Assembly (NCBI RefSeq): GCF_033153115.1
Contig: NW_026889793.1
Span: forward strand, 186,001 to 250,000
Length of the DNA: 64,000 bases
Origin: Saccostrea echinata
Taxonomy: Eukaryota
Direction: 5' to 3'
Shown: piece after piece, positions 24,401-37,790 of the stretch
How positions within the stretch are numbered: the first letter of the stretch is position 1
Layout: each line of letters begins with the position of its first letter
Made by a program: the position numbers and the translations under genes
Notes under the pieces: generated by a model
Told to the model about the DNA's origin: nothing
What the model saw: the letters and a program-made list of their open reading frames with translations, nothing else
The model's database searches: none

Positions 24401-27400
24401 GTCTAGATACACGCAATGATGTTATAAAAACAATAAATTAATAATCCTTGTTTCATAATTTGGAAAAAAATACTCTTATAATATAAAGAATCTCAAAACG
24501 ACTACCAAATTTTTCACCAAAAAGGTTTCGTATAAACTAAGGAACATAGTTCCTGTTTCATAATCAATTTATATCATTAAGATCGTGTGAGAAGATTTCT
24601 CAATTCATGTCTCGTTCTGAAAAAACACTACCATGGCTTATTTAGCTAGTTCTGAATGAACCATTAGATCTGATCAGTCCACAATTAGGAATTCGTCTGA
24701 TCTGTGTCATTAACAGCAGTATCATGCACTTCTGTCGCGTGACCAGGATTTTGTATTACAGATAAGTAGGCGATGTTTGCAACGGTAACTGCCTTTATTT
24801 TATGAGTTATGAAAGGCCTGTTTTGAAAACACCTAAGATTTAGAGCAAAAAAAGTACTGTAACCTCATGTCAGTACGACATTGTCATGTATAAGTACATA
24901 GACAAGACAGTTCATAAAGAATAATGGTAGTAAATTCTAGTGTTACGCTGTTTCGAGGTTACATAGCGAAACAAATTAAGTTCCACCCTATAATTACTGA
25001 CATAATACCTGTACTTTTCTTCATCATATACTTAGTAGTAAATACAGAACACCGATTTTGTTCTGTGCGATCGGGTGACGCCTCAATACCCCACTATCAA
25101 TGACCAGTCTGAAAAGCCATATCACGTATCAAAACCGCGTCAAAATAATCCATATCAAATCGTAAGTAACATTTTTATACAGTTTAAAAGTTAATTGACT
25201 TGAGTTTTCTTGAAATGTACATGTAATACAATTCCTAAACTTAAATTTCTCGATTTTGTAAGTTAAAAATGGCATAAAATTTGCTCTACCAAATTTTAAA
25301 GGAAAAGGTCATATGTAATACATGTATTCTCTATTTCCTTATACGAGTATACAATGTACACTTGTATATGAAATCGTAGAATTCATGAAACCAATAAAAA
25401 AATGTTGTTTAAGAAAAACTGAATTTCTTGTTTTAATCACTTTCTATGAAATGTTGGGTTTTGTAGTAAATTTTCAGACTTTTTGAAATGCTGACGCCTT
25501 TCTTTAAGTACACATATGAATTGACCGCTACAAATTGTTTCATTTACTTGATTTTTTTAGTGTTACTGTATTGTTTTTTATTATTATTTTTTAGAATAAA
25601 TGGCACATTTGTATCTGTCTCACACATTGTCTTTGTTCTATATATAATTTGTTCGTTCTTATCTCTTACTGTTTATCGATACAAAATATGTCAAAACACA
25701 ACGTAAATACATGTAATCATATATGCATGCATTTCTTTTCTTTTAATGAAGCTTCAGTGAAGGATTAGGGAAAAGAGTGTGTGGTTTTGACATGAAGATT
25801 AATTTTTATATGAATAATAATATTCCATTGGGAAAAAAAATCATCACTCATCATCATTCTGTAGTCATTTCAATTTGTGGGGGTATGTGTTAGTGGGAAG
25901 CCAAAACATTACTGGTTCACGGTGACGTGATCTCTTGGCTTAATCGTATATCCCAAAGACTGAATCTACCAATACAATGACAAAGTTATTGTTTATGGGC
26001 ACGTTAATTTATTTGGTGAGGATGAGCAAAACAAAGAAATCCTCAAGTATTGGGCCCCAAAGAACAATGATGATTTCACAGCATACTATACCAACTATGG
26101 AGAACGCCATATCTGGGAATTATTAAGCTTGTTTTAATGATATTGGAAAGTTTTAGTAATTAAATCTGCATTTTCATAATAAAGTCAAAGAGGTTTGCAC
26201 AAACGCAAAAAAAAACAATAGACACAAGTACGCAGGGGGTTCAGGCTGGTTAACCATATCCTCCCTTACACGTAGCTTCAACTGTCTTAAATAATCCAAT
26301 AATTTAAAGACTGTCTTAATCTTAATGACGTATATTTTCCTTGAGTTTGATTCAGAAATATGACGTTAATTTCAAGATCTTTTCGTCATTCAAATCCAGT
26401 TGTGGTCCTAGAAATATCCCAGATTTGTATTTTTAGGTTCCAAATACTAAATGACACAAAGGAAACACATTACTGGCAATGACATTTGACGTTAAAAAAG
26501 GAGCTTATGACATAACAACATACAACCGAACAGCTGACTTTATCTGAATGAATAAATGAATATTTGTAGTTGAAATTCAGGTCAGCTCTTTATTGGTAAA
26601 AATATGATAGGATGTTGTAAGAGAGAGAGGCTTATGTATGCAAGCGGTGGAAAGAGCAAGTTAGAAATCCTCTTTATCTTTTATTCATGTTTGTCTATAA
26701 TTAGGATACGTTGTTTGTCCTTGATAGTCCATCATTAATAACGTTCGTAACATATGACCTTCCCAGATCGAGACAGCAATTGCTCTAGTAACCTATAGAA
26801 GTGAAGCTTAATGTTAATTATTAATTATGACTTCACCTAACCGTATCCAACATCCGTTTTATACGTCAGATAATACCCTTGATCTCTATAAAATAGCTCA
26901 ATCACTGTGACGATATCAGGGAGATTTACAAGATTGATGATAGTCTTAAAAAGACTGCATACAATGCTCTGAAAAGATGTGGTCAACGCCTCGCATAACT
27001 CAAGATTTAACAGAATCAGTAATACACATTACCACGTACGTAATGTACAAGGAAACTTACATAAATGTCTAACTTATCAAATGACGTCAGTTATCCTTTG
27101 CCGGGAAGGCAAAAAGAAAATAAGAACAGAATTTTTTTTTACCTTATTAGAAAACAAGTTTCTGAAAATGTCAATTCAAATCTTACAATTGCAATCTTTA
27201 TTGTAAATATATATATAAAGTTAAATTATTCTAATTCATAAGCTTAAATGCACAACTACCAATACCCGGTGTATGTAAGACTTGAGTTGAACTTCTCAAA
27301 AACTCTATCCATTCAGAGTTTCCTAAATAACAGTTATAATTAATACATCTGACTGCCCAGTGACCTTAATCTTTGAAAAAATAATAATAAATCTCTAGAT

Positions 27401-28309
27401 CATAGGTCAAGAATTTATATAATTTCAATATCCTTGTAATCAAGATTAATCCGGTGTTAAATAAATTAAAGTGTCATATAACCTTTTATTTATTTCATTT
27501 AAAACATATGCAGAATAAAAGGTAACATTGAAAAAAAAACCTTCTTCGGTTTAACTTGTATTCTTTGTTGATTACTGTTATAGCAAAAACAGTTTTTCAA
27601 AGATTATTCACAACGGTGTACAAACCCCCTACAAAACCTGCCACCTACACAGGTATTATCAACTATAAAGACAGACAAATTCATTTCCAACCTTTGGTTT
27701 CCTTTACAGCTGATGACGATGTATCAAACGTTTAATTAAAGACTTTCATTTAGAGGGAAGACCTACAAAATCAAGGAATGGAACAAGACAGAAAAAAAAC
27801 CCCTTCTGTTGTAGACTAATGACATTCCACTCCTTATGATTGCAATGTTGGTTTTGATGAACAAACAACCTAATATAGCCATAGACGATAAAAAGTAAGT
27901 TTTTATCCTCTGAATGCAAAAATCGGGGCATTTCTTTTTTTTTTTTTTTGCCTGTCCTTCTATCCCTCTATCAGCAGACACTCTAATATTTGGCTTTATA
28001 ATTTGAATGGTAGAAGGTAAAATATTCAAGGATGGAACACTTATTCAACTATTAATGCCGATTTTCTAAGTAAACATCTCTTGTCTACTAACATCTTGTA
28101 TATATAATCACATAAAACTATATCTAAGAGTTCTTGTTCACATAACTAGGCCATGTTCGGGGTCATCTAAGTTTTAACAAAGACATCTTGTTTTGTTGTC
28201 ATATTTTTATTGAATTACTAAAAAATAATACAATTCAAAAGGGTATTGTATTTTATGTAATGATACAATACTAAATTGAAGCCATTTCTTTTAAGATCAG
28301 GAAAAAACG

Positions 28310-28635
28310 ACGAAATACCCATGCTGAGCAGATAACTCACTCGTTTAAAGTCAACATTTCGTAAATTATATGGTTGGTATAATGACCTTGTTAACAATTA
28401 TAACCTATCATTGTGTGGGTCTTTGATAGTTATATTTCATACCAATTGTTATGCCTTTTTTTTAAAATACTTTTGATTACGGATTATTCCGTCTACTTGA
28501 TCAATATATAGAGCTCACGGCGGGGTAACCTGTCGTCAGGGGATGTTTGTTCCTCCTGGGCACCTGATCCCACCTTTCTGTAGCTTTTTTTTTTTTTTAG
28601 ATCGATCACTTTTCGTTTATCTTCATCTTTTTCAT
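28310..28635 (+). mobile_element. Decayed Penelope-like 3' fragment
   Basis: CGTTTAAAGTCAACATTTCGTAAATT (RLKSTFRK) followed by the 3'-UTR motif CACGGCGGGGT...CACCTGATCCCACCT. Confidence 0.85.
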
Positions 28636-30640
28636 AACTTAAGTCTCCCTATTTTTCAAATACGTATTGCTTTTGATTTAAAAAAAAAAAAAAGAGCAGA
28701 TATAGAATTCAAGCTCATGGTTGAGATCTGCAATAAAAATATTCTACATGAATACCAAATTTTTGAAAAGTCCCTTTTATTTATTCAAACCAGACAGATA
28801 AATGTCTTAATCGTCATTTTTCAGCAGATCACATTTTTCTTCATTTTCTAAATATAATATTCCCTTTTAAACGGACAAGGAAAACCAAAGACAATAAAAG
28901 AATCATTAATCCTAGAAATGTGGGATCATTTGAATTGATTGACTCTTATCAGTTATGGAGGAGGATTAATTCTCAGTCTATTGAACTAGTTTTGCATATG
29001 ATCCATATAATATAATGGTTTCAAAAGGACAATATTACGTATTCACTTTTTTATATTTACGAGGAAGTCAACTTCAGCGACTATTCGGGTACTTTGAAAC
29101 TTTATCGCGCATAATTTAGTAAAGCTATTTAAGAAAAAGGTTAACATCTTCTAAGATAACCATTTTATCTGTTCTTGCTGAAATATTCCAATGCGTAATT
29201 GCAAATGAAAATTAGCATATAATTATACCATTAAGCATATTTTGGACAAAGCGTAAAAATGGGCTACTCCATATTATATTCAAAACATAACCTAAATACC
29301 AGAATATAAATGTAAATGTTGCTATCGAAATTCTAAACAAAATTATTTCTGCTTAGGAGACAAGTTTGGTTAGATAAAAGTTCGGCGATTTGTGATCTAA
29401 ATGTTTTTAACTTTGTTGTTTCAAAACTTACCACATTAAGATATTTCTTGGTAAAAATTCGTATCAGAATTGATAAATTTTGATAAATTGATAAATTTTA
29501 TCAACAAAATAAACGAGTTTAAATCATAAAACAAATATTTCTGCTTTTACAGTATTATATGTGGTCTTAGAAAAGTAATGAAGAATAAATGCCATTAATA
29601 TAAACCTGACAGTGAGCTTTACATTGAGAGGAATAAATGTAAAACATCATTTCGATCAAAATATTGGATGTTTTTATTTGCTTGAAGTATGAATATGACT
29701 GGAAAAATTGACACTTTTGATCTTTACCTTTAAGTACCTTCTTTCTTATTTGTCCTTCTAACAGACATGAAAAGATAATCCACATAATAAAAGTAAATGG
29801 TGGGTATTTTCGTTTTAGCAACCAAGTCTTTAAGCACCTCTAGAGCGATAAATATTGATTGAAATATATTATTGCTATTGTCCTTAAAAAAGTTAATATC
29901 AAACATATCTTGCGGTGTTTTCAGATGTATCCAACTGATTTAAATTTATTTCCTGGTCTCAACAACTTCCTCAATTCCTATCCTTGAGAAAAAAATAATA
30001 AAATATCAAACGACACAGTATTGCTAAATGTTCTTGATATTCTGACAAATTACCAAAAGATCCCCTCCCCTCCGAAAAAAGACATAAGTAATGCACTCCT
30101 TGCTTTCCTGTAGGAAGTTGCTTGAAACAAACGATCAAGTGTATTCCGAGGAAAATACTCTTGATATGCTACAGAAATGATCCAATACAATTTTTTTTCA
30201 ATCCAATCATATTATATAACTCGGAGATATATAGATTATCATATAAAAGCATATAAAAGCAATGCACCAGTATTATGTCTGTGGTGGTACCTTTTACAAC
30301 ATTGAAATTTTTGCATATATTTTTGACAATTTGTATCCTTAAAGCTCTTACATGAATGAGGAATCTTAAAGAGATCTTGGTTTGAGCAAAATAATTTGCA
30401 CTGAATGAAGATTCTTTCACTTAAAGAATTAAATGATTTTTTGTTTGGTTTTCACAAGAAATAATGATGAAAGTATTCAGTGGATATGAATATATAAAAT
30501 GATCAAGTTGTAGCTTAGTACTTCTTGAGAAGATATATAAAACAATTTTTCTATAAATCGCGATGTAAAAGGTTCGATACTTGATGGGACCTCATTATAC
30601 TAGATTAAGTAAGATCATGAACCATTCTCTGAACATGTAA

Positions 30641-30775
30641 AATGTGAAGATAACGAACAGTGATCAATCTTTTAAATTCACTAGACATAATCTATCGTAA
30701 ACAGGGCAAAAAATACAGACCCTGGAATCGCCAGAGGAGGGATCAGGTGCCTAGGAGGAGTAAGCGTCCCCTTTG
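30641..30775 (-). mobile_element. Penelope-like 3'-terminal fragment
   Basis: GAAGATAACGAACAGT...GGGATCAGGTGCCTAGGAGGAGTAAGCGTCCCCT. Confidence 0.85.
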
Positions 30776-31199
30776 ATAGGTAATGTACTTGAATCGTCAC
30801 TACATAAGGACATTTCCCATAATTGTTATCACTTCTTACCTGGTAGTATTTTTAAAGGTTTTTTCAAATGATCATAAATGAATTTTCTCTATTTCTGTTT
30901 CTACCGTTGCCAATGGGACTGCTCTCTACTCTAAAACTTTAACCCCTATTACACAGGGATACTTTTGCAAAAGTATTTGATTATGGAGAAAATATCAAAT
31001 CTAAGAAAAGTTTGACGCGACGCTTGTATCATGCCTGACTACGAACAATAGCAAAAGGTCACCTGAGTGACGAGGTTAACCATACAAGCACTTGTTCTTG
31101 ATAATAGTCCCAGTATAGATCATCCAAATTTTTAAATTTTCTTTCGAAAAAAAAGTTCCTTACTAGAATTGATGCATTTTAAAATGAAATGTGTATTCA

Positions 31200-31815
31200 A
31201 GCTCAAAGTCCATTGAAACAATACAAATTATGAGCATAACACTGATCTCTAAAAACATCACAGCTGGTATCAGGAGCCATTCAGGAATAAGAATCCCCTG
31301 TCGACAACTTACACCCGCCGTGAGCTCCTTGTCATGATAGGGTAAACGGAAAAAACCCAGACAATTCAGGATGAAAAAAATGGCCTAACAACTTGTATGA
31401 AAAACTTTGGTCAACATTCAACTTAATGATAGAATGTATATGCTAGCAAGGCCGTTGTATCGACCATAGATTTTGCAAAATATTGACTTTAAACGAGATT
31501 GATGATATCCTTGTACCATCAACTTCTTTTTCAATAACTTGCCTCGTTCTAAATGCAAAATAGGACTGCTTATAACTGGGCACAATTAGTTTCATTTTTG
31601 TTGGAAAAGCAGCTATCTATGATGTCATAAAGTTCGGTCTTTAAATTATTGGAAATGGTTGTATGAAGTGTTGATCGAAAAGTCGTATATGGTTTGATGC
31701 CATTGAATTTGGTTAAAAATAAATTAATTTTTCTAAAAGTTCTTTGGAGTTCTTAAGTATCCACACCTGATTAACACCACATCTCAAATATGCTGTTGCA
31801 CTGTACTCCAGAAAT
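31200..31815 (-). mobile_element. Internally deleted Penelope-like fragment
   Basis: Translates EYSATAYLRCGVNQVWILKNSKELLE and carries the 3'-UTR motif ACACCCGCCGTGAGCTCCTTGTCATGAT. Confidence 0.85.
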
Positions 31816-33703
31816 AATTGTCCTAAACACAACATTCTCAAAGACCAAATGAGTTTTCGACTTACAATCTTAGGATTTGGAGTGGCAAGTTGAAATGTAA
31901 TTTGACATGAAGAGTACAAAATATAAGATACAAATTCTTTCATTTATATATATTTTACATCCACTGAAAATTAACCCTTGCAGATATTGCAAAAAAAATT
32001 ACATAACCCACTTACTCGGTTTATGTATTTTTTCTGCAACAGCTGCAACATTAATTCCCATACTTACAACCAAAGAAAGCATTTTATTATTTAATTGTAC
32101 GTAGCCCAGTAGTCTTAGAATGCAATCATCTAATCATCGTGAAAGGATTAATGTTCTGATTCAATTTTCTAATTTTCCTTTGGCCAATATATATATCAGG
32201 CAAATATTTTGATGATGAGTTCCATAATACTAATCTTTTCTATAAATAGAATGGATCTTTACAGGCGTACTAGTTTTTATGCTTAATCAAGATAATCGAC
32301 GCCTTTCACTAATTAGTTTGGGAAATTATCAAATTAATTTCTTCGGGTGTTTTTGATAATTTAGGAGATTGTCCTGAAAATGAGTTTACAACCTGAATTT
32401 ATTATGTCATTTGACCGAAATTATAATCGGATGTAAATCATAACCTATACTTCCGATGATATGAAAAATGTAGGAGGTGAATTGTATTGAAATTGTCTAT
32501 CAAGGAAAAACCCCATTATATAAAGATTCTGAGCAATTGATTTCGTACCTTTTGACTGCTGTTAAAACTTCCTTTAGGCCCTGTGTCTCAATTAACGTTA
32601 CAAGCTATTTATCACATTAACTTATCAAATTCTTTGTTCTTGACCTTATGAAATATGCTTATGTATATCTGTTTTTATCAAAAGTCACTTGTTTAGCAAA
32701 AGTCACTCGAGGGTTGATATATTAGTCGCCAATTTTGATTTTCAGGACATCTTCCTGTGGTTGTTTTGATAGATTTATGAGATAGTTATATATTCTGGGT
32801 ATCTTTATAACACTATATAAGCGCAGTTCCTCTTTACTAAAAGTACGAAAGCTTGCAATTAATTTCTCTGACTGTATATTTGACATTTAGCTAAATATCT
32901 TTTATATGATTTACTGAAGGTAAAGAAACAATTTAAAAATTCCTGAACAGTTTTTGTGGCATCTATCATTACCATTTCAGCTTATTTCATTATATTATTT
33001 ACGTTTTTTTAATTTTCTCTAATTGGTTATCTTATACAATGTATTTATTGATTTTACCCGAAATGAGAAATGTTCAAATGCATCTCGAATTTTATTTTAA
33101 AAAAAACACTAAATACTAAGTTGACATGTTTACCAGAACTTTGCATTGATTTAAATAAAGACAACAAGAATGGAACATAAATATAATGCGTTTTATCGTA
33201 ATTATTTACGGCATCATTTTAAAATTACCGGGTTATTTCTCTCTCGTTTTTTTCGAAAAGATTTCAGTTGTGTAAAATGTTGTATACAATTGAAGTCTTA
33301 CTCAGTGCAGGTAATGAACACTATAGATAATCTTTACTTTTTTTTCATGAATAATTAAATGGGAGTGTTCAACTGATTTTTTAAACGTGCAAAAAGGAAT
33401 TAATTTTCTGGAAAAATTAAATGTAAAGAAATCATGCAAGAAAACTACTCTAAATAAAGAAGGGAGAAAAGTTATGTCTTCATAACCTCCACGAACCTCC
33501 AATTTGCTTGAAAAAGTTTTATGCACGCCCCTGAGAGTAATGATTAGGGGCTCCATAACAAGGATTTCCAAGATAAGCTTGATATCAAGGTGGAGTCTAA
33601 TTCTAACTTAGATTTTGTTTAATATAGAATATTAGATAGATAACATCAATTAATAGGTAAGTTATTATTAGTATTATTTAGTTAATATTACTGTATATTT
33701 GTC

Positions 33704-33800
33704 TCCTGATCCCACCTCTGATGTTTTAGAGGTCTGTGTTTGCTCTGCATAGTTGAATGGACTTATGAGCTTAAAACGGTTCATTATCTCCATATTTCAT
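33704..33800 (+). mobile_element. Penelope-like 3'-terminal fragment
   Basis: CCTGATCCCACCTCTGATGTTTTAGAGGTCTGTGTTTGCTCTGC...TTATCTCCATATTTCA. Confidence 0.85.
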
Positions 33801-34329
33801 TCCTTAAAATGGGGCAATTTTTTATTGTAAAGAAATTAAAATTAATGATTGTGCAAATAAAACAAAGTAACGAAGGAAAATAACAAACATACCATATATG
33901 AACTAACATTCAATGAAAGTTTGCATTTTGTGTGAATGTATCTAGGGATGTCACTATGTTAAGCTTACTGGAAGAATTGCAGTCTTCAATGTTCATTACA
34001 AATAATTTTTTTTACGAAGCTTTAAGATTAAATAGAATTAAAGAAGATTCGGATTTTAGTCCTATATTTTTTCCTGGAATACTTTCAATGCAGTGTCTAT
34101 TGCAACCTTTAAAGTAAGAATCGCACTACATGTAAAACATTTTTAATTTTAGTTCTGGGTTATCAATGTAAACTTACAGCTGCAGTGTACACTTAGTGCA
34201 ACAAATAATAACATTGAAGGATATACTTTTGTAAGCATTTTAAACAAAATCATTTTGTTACTGAGTTTTCCAAGTTCAACTAGATATGCTTTAGAACAAT
34301 GTTGTATCATTTGACAAAGAAGATGACGA

Positions 34330-36780
34330 TGTGAAATATATGGAGATAACGAACAGTATTTAAGCTCAAAAGTCCATTAATCAATACAAAATAGGAGCAG
34401 AGCAAACACGGACCTCCAAACATCAGAGGTGGGATCAGGTGCCATGGAGGAGTGAGCATCCCCTGCCGACCGGTCACACCCGCCGTGTGCTCCTTGTCAT
34501 GATCGGGAAATAACGGAAAAATCCGTCGACAATTCAGTGTGTAAATAATGGCCTAACAATTAGTGTGAAAAACGTCAGTCAGCATTTGACTCAATGATAA
34601 ATTGTATTTGCTGACAAGGTCATTGTATCGACCATAGAACTTACGAAATGATGACTTTAAACGAGACAGCTGATATTCTTGTTTTATCAACTTATTTGTC
34701 AATAATTTACCTCGTTTTAGAAATTGTACATACGTAGAGCATGCTCTTGCGTATCGAATCAACTGAGAGATATATACCCCATATGCAGGTGATGAAGGTA
34801 TATTGCTGCATAAGTAAGGGAAGTTGACGATTGAAAAGTTAAAGTCATCACGTTTATCATAAAGCTTGGTTGTTAGATCACCATTAACGTCTTTCTCAAG
34901 TAAAATATCCAAATATGAAACAGATGTGTCAGACTCTGTGGTATCTTTTATCTCAAGTTCACAAGGATATATCGTATCGACATAAGAATGGAAATAGCCA
35001 TTGTTAATTGACAATACGTCATCGATATATCTAAATGTCGAGTTGAAGGCCACAGCAAGTGTTTTCTTCTTTTCACGTACAAGATTTTGGACAAATTCTG
35101 CTTCATATGAATACAAAAAAAGGTCTGCTAATAACGGGGCGCAATTGGTACCCATAGAAATTCCAATAGATTGTTGGAAGACCTGGTCTCCAAAAACCAC
35201 ATAGATATTGTCAATCAGAAACTCAAGCATCTTTTTAATGTCAACTTCAGAGTACTTGTGTGAACAATCAGAATGTTTTTTAACAAAATAATTTTGCAAA
35301 TGACCAATGACAAGGTAAGTATATTTACGAGTTCCATTTTTATTGAAAAAGCAGCTGTCAATGATATCAAAAAGCCTGGACTTTAATTTATCGTGGGGAA
35401 TGGTTGTGTACAAAGTTGAAAAGTCGTAAGTTTTTAAGCTGTTGATTTTGGTAAAATCTTGTGATTTCAAATTTTCCAAAAGTTCCTTGGAATTTTTAAG
35501 TATCCACATCTGATTTACACCACTTCTCGAATATATTGTTGCACAGTACTCTTGAAGTTTCTCCTTCACCACTGTTAATATCTTAGTGAGGAGTAAAGAT
35601 AGAGGCTTGGTTGAACATTTACTGGAACCCGCTATGTATCTTTCTTTGTAAGGATTTTTATGAAGTTTCGGAATCCAATATAAATATGGTAATTCAAATT
35701 CATTTTGGTTGTTTGGAATATTAAAAATATTCAAAACTGACATATGATTTTGAAGAATTTCTTCCTTAGAAAGGGAACTATGAGTATAAGTTGGATTACC
35801 ACTTGTAGAATTAAATCCAAGTTCCTCTAAAATACATTTAATATAATGAGCCTTACAAACAAAGACAATGTTGTTACCTGCTTTGTCAGCAGGGACCAGT
35901 ACGTACTGATCATGTAATCTATCTAATTCTTTTTTCACTTCTGGATTATTGAATACAGAAGGATAGATGGTTTTCATATTGCCTCTCAATCTTTTAATGC
36001 GTGATTTTAACATACATCTGATACATTTAATCCATTCTGACAAAGTGTCAAGGTCTTCTTTTTCATGTCTGGTCCATCGCCTGGCGTAGTCCTCTACAGA
36101 ATCCATAATATTTATGAAATTCCGACGCCAGTTGAAGGATCTGGGTTCCCTAAATTTAGGACCTTTTAAAATTAGTGATCTAAGGTCCTCATTATTAACT
36201 ATATTTACGTCACCAGTAATAACGTGTCCAGCAGGACTATAGTTATAGGGCGAAGAAGAACATGAACACGATGGAGGATTATGCTTCAGATATTCGATAT
36301 CCAGGCCCTGTAAAGTTTTCTTGTAATTAAAAAGTTTGGAAGCAATAGTCGATGTATATTTGTAGGAAATACAAGGTGGAGTCTTTAACTTGACATATGG
36401 TGGAATACAAGACTGGACCCTTTTGTGATTAAGAATATTACTTATATTAACCGCGTCAATTCCTTTGTTGGCATATTGAAGTTTAAGGAAAAAACGGATT
36501 GTTTTAACTGCATTTTCTTCAGTAAAACGCGGGGGTTTAAAAAGCCTATGATTGGCAATATCCATAATTACAGATCCGAGCCTATATTCTGGTGTCGAGG
36601 AATCAAAAAATGGACTTTCCTTGACCTTTTCAAGAAGACTATTTAAAAGTTTCAAAGGGACAGGGTAAAGTTTGGTGCGAATATGATGTAAACCTAACTG
36701 TTGATTTACGTAAGGTAGTAATGAATCAAAAGAGACATCGTGTATTAAAGGTTTATTGTAAGACCGATGCCCATGACTAC
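34330..36780 (-). mobile_element. Penelope-like retroelement (probably Naiad clade), 5'-truncated and recent
   Basis: Uninterrupted RT frame plus a ~225-bp 3' UTR shared with many local copies. There is no C-terminal GIY-YIG domain. The frame stays open upstream of 36655 to SHGHR at ~36778. Confidence 0.85.
34553..36655 (-). CDS. Penelope-like reverse transcriptase (N-terminally incomplete)
   Basis: Motifs KGPKFREP, VPADKAGNN, YWIPKLHK, DFSTLYTTIPH, QSIGISMGTNCAPLLADLFL, catalytic YIDD, and thumb LYDKRDDFNF. The TTG start is arbitrary because the frame continues ~41 codons upstream. Confidence 0.92.
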   Translation of the reverse strand: MKLLNSLLEKVKESPFFDSSTPEYRLGSVIMDIANHRLFKPPRFTEENAVKTIRFFLKLQYANKGIDAVNISNILNHKRVQSCIPPYVKLKTPPCISYKYTSTIASKLFNYKKTLQGLDIEYLKHNPPSCSCSSSPYNYSPAGHVITGDVNIVNNEDLRSLILKGPKFREPRSFNWRRNFINIMDSVEDYARRWTRHEKEDLDTLSEWIKCIRCMLKSRIKRLRGNMKTIYPSVFNNPEVKKELDRLHDQYVLVPADKAGNNIVFVCKAHYIKCILEELGFNSTSGNPTYTHSSLSKEEILQNHMSVLNIFNIPNNQNEFELPYLYWIPKLHKNPYKERYIAGSSKCSTKPLSLLLTKILTVVKEKLQEYCATIYSRSGVNQMWILKNSKELLENLKSQDFTKINSLKTYDFSTLYTTIPHDKLKSRLFDIIDSCFFNKNGTRKYTYLVIGHLQNYFVKKHSDCSHKYSEVDIKKMLEFLIDNIYVVFGDQVFQQSIGISMGTNCAPLLADLFLYSYEAEFVQNLVREKKKTLAVAFNSTFRYIDDVLSINNGYFHSYVDTIYPCELEIKDTTESDTSVSYLDILLEKDVNGDLTTKLYDKRDDFNFSIVNFPYLCSNIPSSPAYGVYISQLIRYARACSTYVQFLKRGKLLTNKLIKQEYQLSRLKSSFRKFYGRYNDLVSKYNLSLSQMLTDVFHTNC

Positions 36781-36821
36781 TGTGAAACCTATAAAAATGG
36801 AAATCAAAATTATTTTTGTCT

Positions 36822-37037
36822 TACTGTGAAATCATTAAATTTCGTGGGGTTTAATTTTTGTTGTTTTCGAGGTATGAAGAGGCACATAAATTCATGTCCT
36901 CCACAAAATGTAAAATTCATACACATACATATCTACTCAACACTTTAACAACCATGAGAAAGTAAATCCCCATAAACCAATATATTTTCCTCAACCCTCG
37001 AAAATTTGACACCACATAAATATGTGATTTTATAGTA
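36822..37037. mobile_element. MITE with imperfect TIRs and TA flanks
   Basis: TACTGTGAAATCATTAAATTTCGTGG ... CCACATAAATATGTGATTTTATAGTA. A related copy lies at ~25857-26082. Confidence 0.65.
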
Positions 37038-37614
37038 TTTGATGGCATTATTAAATTTAGATACTCCACCAATATACGTATTCATGATTGAAACATTTTG
37101 TTGTGATTCAATTTATTAATCTGCAGAACGTACATCATCCTCCACCTTATTTCTTGTGAAATTGTTAAAATTTGGATACATAAATTTCATTAATAATTAT
37201 TGAATTAGGAAAAAATTAAAAATTTAAAATACATGTAATCAAATCAAAGGAAATTTAGGTTTCGTAAATTCCTTCAAAGTATTTTCAGTTGTAGACATTA
37301 GTAATTTTTTTTATTCTCTTCATAAAATTTATAATAAAGTAACTACATAATGTATATAAATAACAACAATACACATCAAAGTTTGGGTATCATTACTGTA
37401 TTTACCTTTGAATGCAAGGTACATGTATATTTGCATGATAAAAGTGTAAAACGTTTTGAATCGTGAAAGTTAAAAATTGATAGACGACATCTAGAAAAAC
37501 TTATGTAAATACATGTATATATAAACATGTGCTTAAAGTGCAGTATTTTTGTGGCTGTCACTTCTCAGATCAGAGAAGTTAAATTTGAATGTTCAACGTT
37601 GTTTACAATAGGTT

Positions 37615-37790
37615 TTTGCCCGATCATGACAAAAAGCACATGGCGGGTGTGACCCGTCGACAGGGGTTGCTTGCTCCTCCATGACACCTGATCCCACCTC
37701 TGATGTTTTAAGAGGTCTGTATTTGCTCTGTTACAAATTTGTATTGTTTCAATGGACTTCTGAGCTTGATTACTGTTCGTTATCTTCGTA
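37615..37790 (+). mobile_element. 3'-UTR-only copy of the Penelope-like element
   Basis: CCCGATCATGACAAAAAGCACATGGCGGGTGTGACCCGTCGACAGGGG...GTTCGTTATCTTC. Confidence 0.9.

Noticed and set aside
34553-36655. Telomerase, retron or group II intron RT
   Set aside because: The motifs and many 5'-truncated dispersed copies fit a Penelope-like retroelement.
36781-36800. Possible splice acceptor at the 5' break of the RT frame
   Set aside because: More simply the truncation junction with AT-rich flank; no upstream element exon was found.
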